Below are positions 17,928-25,068 of a stretch of 32,000 nucleotides of DNA, one piece after another. The notes below the pieces were generated by a model. The model had not been told where the DNA came from. It searched no databases and was given only the letters and a program-made list of their open reading frames with translations. Position numbers and translations under genes: made by a program. Origin of the DNA: Gemmata obscuriglobus (lineage in GTDB: Bacteria > Planctomycetota > Planctomycetia > Gemmatales > Gemmataceae); contig NZ_CP042911.1 in NCBI RefSeq assembly GCF_008065095.1, positions 6,450,001-6,482,000 on the forward strand, written 5' to 3'. Numbering within the stretch: position 1 is the stretch's first letter; each line of letters starts with the position of its first letter.

Positions 17928-18047
17928 CGCTCCTCACTCCTCAACGGTAACGTAGGTGCTTGCCTGAGTCCCAAACGGCTCCAGCGGCTGGCCGCCCCGC
18001 GTCGAAGCGACTCGCCCGCCCCAACCCTGCCGATTTTACCAACCCTT

Positions 18048-18091
18048 CTGCGTCAGCGGCCGCCCACAAAAGTGGGCGGCCGCTGACGCAG
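18048..18091. repeat. 20-bp perfect GC-rich hairpin between tRNA-Thr(GGU) and tuf
   Basis: ctgcgtcagcggccgcccac (18048-18067), loop aaaa, then gtgggcggccgctgacgcag (18072-18091). It begins 11 nt downstream of the tRNA 3' end on the minus strand. No U-tract follows. Confidence 0.75.
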
Positions 18092-18102
18092 CCGTCCGAA
18101 AG

Positions 18103-18175
<73 letters not shown>

Positions 18176-18312
18176 GATACACAGATACAGGGTAAAAGGT
18201 TCGGCGAAAAAGTGAAGGGGGCAGACAGCTTAGACAACAATTTCTGAAGTCTCTTCCTTCCTCGACAACTTACTAACACGGCAGCACTTCGGCAACACAA
18301 CCTCGAACCCAG

Positions 18313-18384
18313 AGCGGGCGATGGGATTTGAACCCACGACATCTTGCTTGGAAGGCAAGAGCTCTACCGCTGAGCTACACCCGC
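18313..18384 (-). tRNA. tRNA-Gly (anticodon UCC)
   Basis: Cloverleaf: acceptor GCGGGUG/CGCCCGC, D arm GCUC-AGCGGUA-GAGC, anticodon arm CUUGC-CUUCCAA-GCAAG, T arm GUGGG-UUCAAAU-CCCAU. Confidence 0.9.
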
Positions 18385-18464
18385 GAATCGCGGCCCATTC
18401 GCCCGCCGAGAGTCGCCACAACCTCCAACGCCGCCACGCGCACGTCACAACAACACCTAACCAG

Positions 18465-18547
18465 TGGGTAGGGAGGGATTCGAACCCCCGAACTCCGAAG
18501 AGGCCAGATTTACAGTCTGGTGCAATTGACCGCTCTGCCACCTACCC
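18465..18547 (-). tRNA. tRNA-Tyr (anticodon GUA), long variable arm
   Basis: Acceptor GGGUAGG/CCUACCC, anticodon arm CCAGA-CUGUAAA-UCUGG, long variable arm (CCUCUUCGGAGU), T loop UUCGAAU. Length is 83 nt. Confidence 0.88.
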
Positions 18548-18620
18548 GTGAATTTTGCCCCCGTTCCTAGCTCCAGCACACCTCGACACCCTGATTGTAT
18601 GAACCGTTCGCTAAACGGAA

Positions 18621-18692
18621 AGCTCGCGGAGGGAGTTGAACCCACGACCAGCGGTTTACAAAACCGCTGCTCTACCACTGAGCTACGCGAGC
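18621..18692 (-). tRNA. tRNA-Thr (anticodon UGU)
   Basis: Acceptor GCUCGCG/CGCGAGC, D arm GCUC-AGUGGUA-GAGC, anticodon arm GCGGU-UUUGUAA-ACCGC, T arm GUGGG-UUCAACU-CCCUC (one mismatch). Confidence 0.85.
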
Positions 18693-18710
18693 ACTTTCCT
18701 CTCACCTCCG

Positions 18711-18756
18711 AGACTACGGGCGGTTGGCCGCGTCCGCAACTTTCGTTTTTTTAACG
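18711..18756 (-). promoter_or_regulatory. Putative sigma70-type promoter with an A/T-rich UP element for the tRNA-tuf operon
   Basis: On the minus strand the order is GTTAAAAAAACGAAAG (UP-like), TTGCGG (-35, 18739-18734), a 17-nt spacer, then TAGTCT (-10, 18716-18711). The -10 ends 18 nt upstream of the first tRNA. Confidence 0.45.
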
Positions 18757-18836
18757 CTCGGTCGTTTGGAAACAGCCGGGCAGATCGTTACCACTCTTCA
18801 GCCGGTCTACCACAACTGCCGTTCGCGGCGGCCGTC

Positions 18837-19485
18837 ATGTCTAAGAGCGATTCTAAGGCGCCCGGGTTCGCCAGCAAGACTCAGAAACCGCAGAAGCCGT
18901 ACCCGCAATTTCCACTCTTCCCGCACACCATCAGCCGCTGGGCGAAGAAAATCCATGGCAAGCTGTACTATTTCGGCCCATGGGACGACCTTGACGGAGC
19001 GCTCCAGAAGCACGCCCTGCACTCCGGTCGGAAGCCGCGCGAACTGTCAGCGGGTGTCACCGTCAAGGACGTGTGCAGCACGTACCTGAACCACCAGAAA
19101 CCCGAACGCGACCGCAGCGATCTCTCGCCGCGCACGTGGAGCAACTACTGCCCTGTCGAAGCTAAATTTTCGGGTTGCCGAAGTGACAGTCATAGGGAGT
19201 TCCTGCAAAGTGGGGCGTTTCCGGCCCGAAAATATAGCGTAGACAGAGCACTACCACGACACGGCCGAACTCATCGTCACGCGATTCGGTAAGAGCCGTA
19301 TCATCGCGGACCTGCGGCCCGACGACTTCTCTGACCTGCGAAAGCACCTGGCCCGGAACTGGGGACCAGTCCGCGTGCGCAACTTCATCCAGCAGGTCCG
19401 CAGCGTGTTCAAGCGAGCGCTCGGCACCGAGCGGTTCGCCACTCCAATGCGATTCGGCCCCAGCTTCGACCGGCCTACGAATGAA
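18837..19485 (+). pseudogene. Tyrosine recombinase / phage-type integrase, N-terminal ~180 codons only; interrupted and truncated
   Basis: The first part, MSKSDSKAP...YPQFPLFPHTISRWAKKIHGKLYYFGPWDDLDGALQKH...GRKPRELSAGVTVKDVCSTYLNHQ...LSPRTWSNY, is in frame 0. After a 106-bp insertion it resumes in frame +1: HDTAELIVTRFGKSRIIADLRPDDFSDLRKHLARNWGPVRVRNFIQQVRSVFKRALGTERFATPMRFGPSFDRPT. This resembles the N-terminal/SAM-like region of planctomycete integrases. The catalytic domain is absent. Confidence 0.7.
19149..19249. mobile_element. MITE-like ~101-bp palindromic insertion flanked by a 5-bp direct repeat ACTAC
   Basis: ACTAC occurs at 19144-19148 and 19250-19254. Removing 19149-19254 restores an in-frame integrase reading ...TWSNY|HDTAELIVTRFGK. 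The ends pair as an imperfect hairpin from g19150:c19249 inward, ~25 positions with 4 mismatches. That includes ATTTTCGGG (19166-19174) against CCCGAAAAT (19225-19233). Confidence 0.7.
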
Positions 19486-19499
19486 GATGCTCCGACCGA

Positions 19500-19735
19500 G
19501 GCCGGGTGCGCGGCGTGGACCGAGGGCTTCACTCGGCACACCACGTTGGCTACCCGATCGACGCACGGGGAGAACAGGCGTTCGCGCTCGTGCCGGCCCC
19601 CGGCGACGCGCACGAACAGGTCTTCCAGGTGCGCCGGGTCGAGCGCGTACTCGAACGCGTCCGAGCCGCGACCGCCATCGGTCGGTGAGCGATAAACCGC
19701 TCCAGGACCGCACCCAGCAACATCCGTGCCCCCAT
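19500..19735 (-). pseudogene. IS4-family-like DDE transposase, N-terminal fragment (~75 codons, at least one frameshift)
   Basis: The minus strand reads MLLGAVLERFIAHRPMAVAAR, then (shifted frame) AFEYALDPAHLEDLFVRVAGGRHERERLFSPCVDRVANVVCRVKPSVHAAH. By my recollection this matches the N-terminal pattern of one IS4-family subgroup (..SP.SVM.R..LE....PE.LD.+F......Y.R.LLFS..V.LM..VVC...PSV.AAY). It abuts the truncated integrase, and the junction at ~19485-19505 is not resolved. Confidence 0.4.
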
Positions 19736-19767
19736 TCAGGCGCAACCAAACATCTATCATCAGTAAA

Positions 19768-20202
19768 CTATTGCTGGTCGTGCATGCACGAGTGTTCAAC
19801 GGCACAGAGTACGTCGAGCGCTGTGACGCCGAGCACCGCGGCGGTCGAGGCGAGAATCTTTGTGCGGTCGGCGGATGTGGCTTCGACGTATCCAGCGGCG
19901 AGAGTGGCGAGGTCAATTACGTCTCCGCCCACCCGGCTCCAGAGCCAGAACGCGGGGCGCTTGTTAGTCAAGATGCCCAAGCCACTCATCATTTCGCGCA
20001 ACCCGTACGCGCGCAGTAAGGCGGGAGAGCGGACACCGGTCGCTCGGGCCATCGTACCGGGCGCCAAGGCTTCAGCCAGTCCGAGCCCCAGGCTGAATAG
20101 GCCGAGAGCGGTAGCCAGCGGATGAAACGTCGAGCCAGCGGCGCCGGCGGGGAGGTGTGTTTTGACCGTCCGCGCCGGCAAAGGCTGAGTTACGGCTGTC
20201 AT
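19768..20202 (-). CDS. Hypothetical small membrane protein (144 aa)
   Basis: ATG-initiated ORF with 3-4 hydrophobic segments (LATALGLFSLGLGLAEAL, MMSGLGILT, VIDLATLAAGYV, AAVLGVTALDVLCAV). No motif I can name. Confidence 0.55.
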   Translation of the reverse strand: MTAVTQPLPARTVKTHLPAGAAGSTFHPLATALGLFSLGLGLAEALAPGTMARATGVRSPALLRAYGLREMMSGLGILTNKRPAFWLWSRVGGDVIDLATLAAGYVEATSADRTKILASTAAVLGVTALDVLCAVEHSCMHDQQ

Positions 20203-20631
20203 GGTTTAAACGCTCTCATACGATTGGCACACAAATCGACGCCTCGTGTTGTCAGTGCAAGGGTAATGCCCGGCTACCCACCCGAGCCGTGTTTGCTGAC
20301 TTCTCTGACGCCATCGTGGGGCCTGACGCGTGTAACATCACGTCTTCCCCAGATCGCATGTCACAGCCCACAAGAGGGGATGATCGGAACAGCATGTCCC
20401 ACGCACTCGCATAAGCACATTCGTCCTGCCGCGACCCGTAAACGGCTTGACGGTCTCGCACCTGATACCACACCCACGCCGGTGACGGTACACCTTGCGG
20501 CCGCGTGACAGGAGTTTCCTCAAAACTCGACCAAAGGATTCGTTGACGTGCGCCGGCCGCACCTTCGGCTCCGAGGTTGCTACTGAGGTCCGTTGGTTGA
20601 ACCGGGTCGTTGCTGTTCGAAAGGAACAACC

Positions 20632-20928
20632 ATGACAGCTCGTGAGCAAGGGACGCTGGCGTCTGCCGTCGGTGCGTTACTCGTCGTGGCTGGCGCGGCG
20701 TTGGTGTGGTACGGCCTCAGCCGCCGTCGTGACGCGGCAGGGGTAGGACGGCGAGCGGCTCACTTGGCGCGCTACGGAGCCGGTGTGAGCACTGGCATTT
20801 ACGACCACGTTGCGCAGGCCGCCAAAGAGGAACGGCACCCGGCCGGGACGCTCATTGAAGACGTTGTGGAGGAAGCATCAGATGATTCTTTTCCCTGCAG
20901 CGACCCGCCCTCTTGGACGGCCCGCTGA
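20632..20928 (+). CDS. Hypothetical small membrane-anchored protein (98 aa)
   Basis: Track ORF 20593..20928 trimmed to the ATG at 20632, which has AAGGAA 5 nt upstream. It has one N-terminal TM segment (LASAVGALLVVAGAALVWYGL) and a C-terminal acidic tail ending DDSFPCSDPPSW. I recall that motif recurring in small uncharacterised bacterial proteins. Confidence 0.55.
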   Translation: MTAREQGTLASAVGALLVVAGAALVWYGLSRRRDAAGVGRRAAHLARYGAGVSTGIYDHVAQAAKEERHPAGTLIEDVVEEASDDSFPCSDPPSWTAR

Positions 20929-21122
20929 CAAGGTTCGACCGCGAGCCGGCTTCGCTGCCGATGTGGACCGTAGCTCTTTGCACGCCCTAAACCCCTCTGT
21001 GGGAAAATTGAAACGTGCACCGCATTATGTGTGCAGTTACCGGCCCGGGCGGCCTGGGTGCTGGGTCTGGCACCATGCTTGCGGCTCGAGTCCCGTCCCA
21101 CCTTACACCGCAGGTCCGCGTA

Positions 21123-22043
21123 ATGGCCACGCACTCAGAAATGCAATCCGGGGCAAACGTGTTCCGCGTGCCGCTGTCGATCGTGAATGCATACTTGATC
21201 GGCCCTCCGCTCGCTACCGACCGCGGGTGGGTGCTGGTCGACGCCGGCCTCTCGATCTCACGGGCGGCAATCGTCGCGGCGGCGGCGGCGGCCTTCGGCC
21301 CGCGCTCTCGGCCGGCGGCAATCGTGCTCACTCATGGACACTTCGACCATGTCGGCTCGGTCAAAGCCCTCGCAGAGCTCTGGGACGCGCCAGTGTACGC
21401 ACACCCGCTGGAGCTGCCGTACCTCACCGGCCGGTCCGATTACCCGCCCCCGGACCCCGCTGTGGGCGGTGGTGCGATGGCGTTCGTGTCACCACTGTAT
21501 TCGCGACGCGGGATCGATCTGAGTTCGCGGGTCCGCCCCCTACCTGACAACGGGGCGGTGCCGCACCTGCCCGACTGGCAGTGGGTCCATACCCCGGGAC
21601 ACACGCCGGGGCACGTGTCGCTGTTCCGAGCCGAAGATCGGACGCTGGTTGCCGGCGACGCGTTCGTCACCACCAAACAGGAGTCACTTCTCGCCGCCCT
21701 ACTCAAGCCAGAAGCCGTGCACGGTCCGCCCGCGTACTTCACCACCGACTGGGAAACCGCTAAGGCGTCGGTGCGGGCCCTCGCCTCGCTGCAGCCAGAA
21801 GTTGCTGCGACCGGGCACGGCGTACCGATGCGGGGGCGCGAGCTGCGTGAGCAGTTGGACCGACTCGCACGCGACTTCGACCGGCTCGCGGTGCCCGTCG
21901 ATGGGCGGTACGTGCGGCGCGCGGCAGTCGCAGACATCCGGGGCGTGCGTTACGTGCCGCCCCCGGTATTCCCGCCGGCCGCGGTTCTGCTTGCGGTCGG
22001 TGCTGGTGCGGTGGTCGGAGCACTAACATCAGGCAGGGACTGA
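21123..22043 (+). CDS. MBL-fold metallo-hydrolase with a C-terminal hydrophobic anchor
   Basis: Contains THGHFDHVGS (the HxHxDH metal motif), later HTPGHTPGH, GDAF and TGHG. The C-terminus PPAAVLLAVGAGAVVGALTSGRD is hydrophobic. The start is uncertain: ATG 21123 (MATHSEMQ) is preferred over the track start at 21015. Confidence 0.8.
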   Translation: MATHSEMQSGANVFRVPLSIVNAYLIGPPLATDRGWVLVDAGLSISRAAIVAAAAAAFGPRSRPAAIVLTHGHFDHVGSVKALAELWDAPVYAHPLELPYLTGRSDYPPPDPAVGGGAMAFVSPLYSRRGIDLSSRVRPLPDNGAVPHLPDWQWVHTPGHTPGHVSLFRAEDRTLVAGDAFVTTKQESLLAALLKPEAVHGPPAYFTTDWETAKASVRALASLQPEVAATGHGVPMRGRELREQLDRLARDFDRLAVPVDGRYVRRAAVADIRGVRYVPPPVFPPAAVLLAVGAGAVVGALTSGRD

Positions 22044-22135
22044 TCACCTTACTCGGTTAGCAGGTTCGTCAGAAACCGACACCATCGTGCGTCTCGCTCA
22101 CATCGCCCAACCACAGATATCGACCCGCATACTTC

Positions 22136-22699
22136 CTATGGGCCGGTGTAGATTCTGCGCGCGACGAACATCCGCACAGGCATCAGCCGCCGCACCAGAA
22201 CGACCACGGCACGAAGTGCGCGGCTCCCACGAATAACGCACTCCGTTACCCGGGCCGAGCCGGCGACGGCAATGGCAATGGCCCCCATCCGACGCCACCC
22301 CGGCAGAGACTTTTTTGAGGGACACGCGCACCTGCGCCTCCTTCCGCCACACGCCCACGTCTTGATGCGCCCGGCCGCCTCGGCAACGGTGTGCGGCGGG
22401 CGCTCGCGGAACTCGGCCTCCAAGGCCACCCAATGCGCCTCCGGCGCGCCGACGGGCTTGGCCCAATGGAACACCTTCAGACCGGCAAGCCCGTGCCGGC
22501 GGAAGATGGCGACGAATCGGGCAACCGTGGCCTTCGTGGCGCCCGCCAGTTGACCGCTACGGGCCTAGGTCTCGCCTTGGCTGATGAGCCACAGTACCTC
22601 CATCCGCTGCTGCACGCGTGGATCGGGATGCGCGTAACGCTCCGCGCCGAGAGCTTCGAGAGGGGCGGGCGTGAACGTTAGGGTGGCGGGGCGGGACAT
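22136..22699 (-). pseudogene. IS630-family-like transposase, N-terminal HTH fragment with an in-frame stop and frameshifts
   Basis: The minus strand from the ATG at 22699 reads MSRPATLTFTPAPLEALGAERYAHPDPRVQQRMEVLWLISQGET*ARSGQLAGATKATVARFVAIFRRHGLAGLKVFHWAKPVGAPEAHWVALEAEFRERPPHTVAEAAGRIKTW... The TAG stop is at 22567-22565. Similarity then jumps frames (..QVRVSLKK / SLPGWRRMG) and is lost. No DDE domain remains. Confidence 0.5.
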
Positions 22700-22741
22700 C
22701 GGCAAATCCTCACAGGTTTCCATTCCACCACAGCGGCTTCG

Positions 22742-24051
22742 GAACGGGCACGGAATAACTTCCCGACTTCATGGTGGGTCTGGAAGTGCGGTGTAGTTCC
22801 ACTTGGGTAGGACCGGATCGAAGACGATCTTCATCGCCTTCTTGAACCCGGTCACGCACTTCCGGCCGGTCGCGTACGCCTTGTTCAACCGCCCGACGAA
22901 GATCCGCAACCCGGTCGTCGTCTCGGACTTCGCCATGTAATGGCGAACCGCCTCCACGGTGTGGAACACCACCCGCGACAGGCCCGGCTCACGTGCGGGA
23001 ACAGCCGGTGTTCGATCGGGTTGTACTTCGAGCAGTACGGCGGGTCGTGGGCCACCCGAATCTCCAGCCCGGTCGCTTCGCCTACTCCTGAAGGTCTTCC
23101 TGGAGCAGGTACTGGGGCGCATTATTGCTGCCCCGGCCGTTGCACAACACCAACGCCTTCTTCGCCTCCGGATACCGAGTGCGGCCGTGCTGCTCCCACC
23201 ACGCCGCGAGGCCGCCGCACGCCAACGCGCTGGTGTCATGGCTCGTGTTCACATGCACGAACCCCTCGTTGCGCCCCCACGTCGTACAGGCGTGCGGGAC
23301 ACCTTGCCCCCGCCCTGACTCGGGAACTCGTGGTCGTTGGTGGTGATCGTCTTCCGCGTGCCGCTCACACCATCGCGGTAGAAGCCCCCCAGCAACTCCT
23401 TTTTCTTTGTGTCGATGCTCAACACCGGCAGGCCCGCCGCAAGGTACGGGCCCTTCAACCGGGCGATGGTCTCGAACGGGGCGTTGCGGTCCAGGTGCCG
23501 GCCCATCGTCTTCCTCTTCAACGCCTTGCGTTGGCGGTACCCGTGCCGGCGCAACAACGGGCCGACGGTCCGGCGGCTGACCGACGCCCCCAGCGCCTTC
23601 ATCCGCCGCGCGATCTGTCTGCGGGACAGGCTGGTCCACCTCACGTCCGAGTTCATGGGGCCATCGACCGTGTGGCCCCAGAGTACCTCCGCGAACGGTC
23701 CCGACACGCCCGGCTTGGGGTCGATCAACTGCTTGCGTCCGCCCCCTTTTCCGCACCCGCGGGGTGTCGAGTTCGTCTTCGGCTTCCAGTTCACCAATCC
23801 CCTGGCGAATCGTCTTGAGATCGCAGCCCAGCAACGTGGCGATGTACTCGGTTCCGCCGTGCCCGAGTTTGGTGGCCTCGATCGCCGCGTATCGGCGTCG
23901 GTCGTTCTCGCGGAGAGAGAGCGGTACAACCGCTTCATCATTCGCTTCACGGCGGCTGGGTACGGACTCGTGGCGCACTCCGCTCGGTCCCGGAACTGGA
24001 GGGAGCGTAACCGAAGACTACAATTCCGGGAAGTTACTCCGTGCCCGTTTC
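22742..24051 (-). mobile_element. ISAzo13-family-like insertion sequence (~1.31 kb) with terminal inverted repeats
   Basis: 22742-22763 (gaacgggcacggaataacttcc) is the reverse complement of 24029-24051 (ggaagttactccgtgcccgtttc), apart from one substitution and one extra t. These repeats enclose the degenerate transposase below. Confidence 0.7.
22769..23978 (-). pseudogene. ISAzo13-type (Rhodopirellula-type DDE) transposase, at least 3-4 frameshifts
   Basis: The reading must hop between three minus-strand frames. The pieces are ...RYAAIEATKLGHGGTEYIATLLGCDLKTIRQGIGELE...RVRKRG, then GGRKQLIDP...RWTSLSRRQIARRMKALGASVSRRTVGPLLRRHGYRQRKALKRKTMG...LSIDTKKKELLGGFYRDG, then ...FVHVNTSHDTSALACGGLAAWWEQHGR..., then YCSKYNPIEHRLFPHVSRA, then VVFHTVEAVRHYMAKSETTTGLRIFVGRLNKAYATGRKCVTGFKKAMKIVFDPVLPKWNYTALP. 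Confidence 0.7.
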
Positions 24052-24070
24052 TAATCGCGGCCCGCCGGAG

Positions 24071-24862
24071 TCAACGATGCGCGGCGGTCAGCAGGTAGCC
24101 GACCAGTTCATCCAGTTGCGCGGCGCCACACCCTGCCCGGCACGCGTCCTCGACGGAACCGGCCGCGGCGGAGATGTGCGGCAAACCGTACATGCCGGCC
24201 GACCCACGTAATTGGTGGGCAAGTTCGGATACTCGAAGCATGTTCCCCTCGCGGAGCGCCTCGCCGATCGCGCGTACCTTCTCAGGCAGCGCCCGGCAGT
24301 AATCAGCGGTCAACTGGGCCAGACCCGACGGAACGGCCTCCCCATAACCCACAGAAGGCGGCACATCGAACCAAGTCGGGGAGCAACTCATCCCCCAACG
24401 ATCCGGCGAGAGGTAAGTTCTTACGACCTGGAGCAGCTTGTCCGGATTTACTGGCTTGCTCAGATATGTGTCGCAACCGGCCGACAGGCATTTCTCTTCA
24501 TCACACGACTGCGCGTGTGCGGCGAGTGCCACGACCGCCCCTGAGTACCCGCGCCGGCGCAATGCGCGAGCCGCCGCGTACCCGCCCGGCTCGCGCATCT
24601 GCATATCCATCAGGATCACGTCGAACGCACCACCGGACGCCAGTTCCAGTGCAGTGCGGCCGTTCTCAACCGCTTCCACTTCCAACCCAGCACGCTCTAA
24701 AATGTGCCGCAGCACTGATTGCGTCTCCGTCGCGTCCGCGGCCAGTAGTACCCGTCCGGCAAGCCGCTCCGCCGGATCCTGCGGGATCGAACCGGGGCGC
24801 GACTGTTCCGCAAGGCCGGCTGGGTCTGGGGACTCGCTCATCTCGACCTCGCGCAGGGACAT
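24071..24862 (-). CDS. Response-regulator receiver fused to a C-terminal Hpt domain (REC-Hpt phosphorelay protein)
   Basis: REC: RVLLAADATE...FDVILMDMQMREPGG...VVALAAHA...YLSKPV. The phospho-acceptor Asp and the Lys are present. Hpt: LRVSELAHQLRGSAGMYGLPHISAAAGSVE (HxxKG-type motif as HQLRGSAG). The start is the ATG at 24862 or 24841. Confidence 0.8.
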   Translation of the reverse strand: MSLREVEMSESPDPAGLAEQSRPGSIPQDPAERLAGRVLLAADATETQSVLRHILERAGLEVEAVENGRTALELASGGAFDVILMDMQMREPGGYAAARALRRRGYSGAVVALAAHAQSCDEEKCLSAGCDTYLSKPVNPDKLLQVVRTYLSPDRWGMSCSPTWFDVPPSVGYGEAVPSGLAQLTADYCRALPEKVRAIGEALREGNMLRVSELAHQLRGSAGMYGLPHISAAAGSVEDACRAGCGAAQLDELVGYLLTAAHR

Positions 24863-25068
24863 CGTGGGATCACCGCCGGGTCGGTGCGCCCCTGAGGCCG
24901 CTCACAAGTTGCTCCGGTGAGCCGCCCCACGTGCGTACCCAGCGATCGCTGTGAATCTGGCTTTGAGCCACCAATCGCCGCCCGCGCCTGCGGCGCAATT
25001 CCCGCGGTGTCGCAAGCCGTGTCCGCCGACCCGCGTGGGGCGCTCCGGACCGGAAGTGACAGGCGCAC

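Noticed and set aside
18230-18754. ORFs 18230..18541 -, 18321..18551 +, 18457..18705 - and 18548..18754 +, which span the tRNA cluster
   Set aside because: They run straight through four well-folding tRNA genes, so they are translation artefacts of the ORF caller.
18621-19485. The integrase next to tRNA-Thr as evidence for an intact tRNA-targeting genomic island
   Set aside because: The integrase sits on the 5' side of the tRNA, has lost its catalytic domain, and I found no direct repeat of a tRNA 3' segment in the window. It is treated only as an eroded remnant.
19481-19530. Possible continuation of the integrase in a third frame (KMLRPRPGARRGPRA resembling the ..LR..RA.KGPR.. segment of integrases)
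   Set aside because: The same nucleotides read on the minus strand give VVCRVKPSVHAAH. That continues the IS4-like fragment much more convincingly, and the plus-frame match is short and Arg-rich. The junction is left unresolved at ~19485-19505.
22098-22466. The 122-aa and 112-aa minus-strand ORFs (22098..22466, 22136..22474) as independent genes
   Set aside because: They are alternative frames of the same degraded IS630-like transposase fragment, and similarity hops between them.
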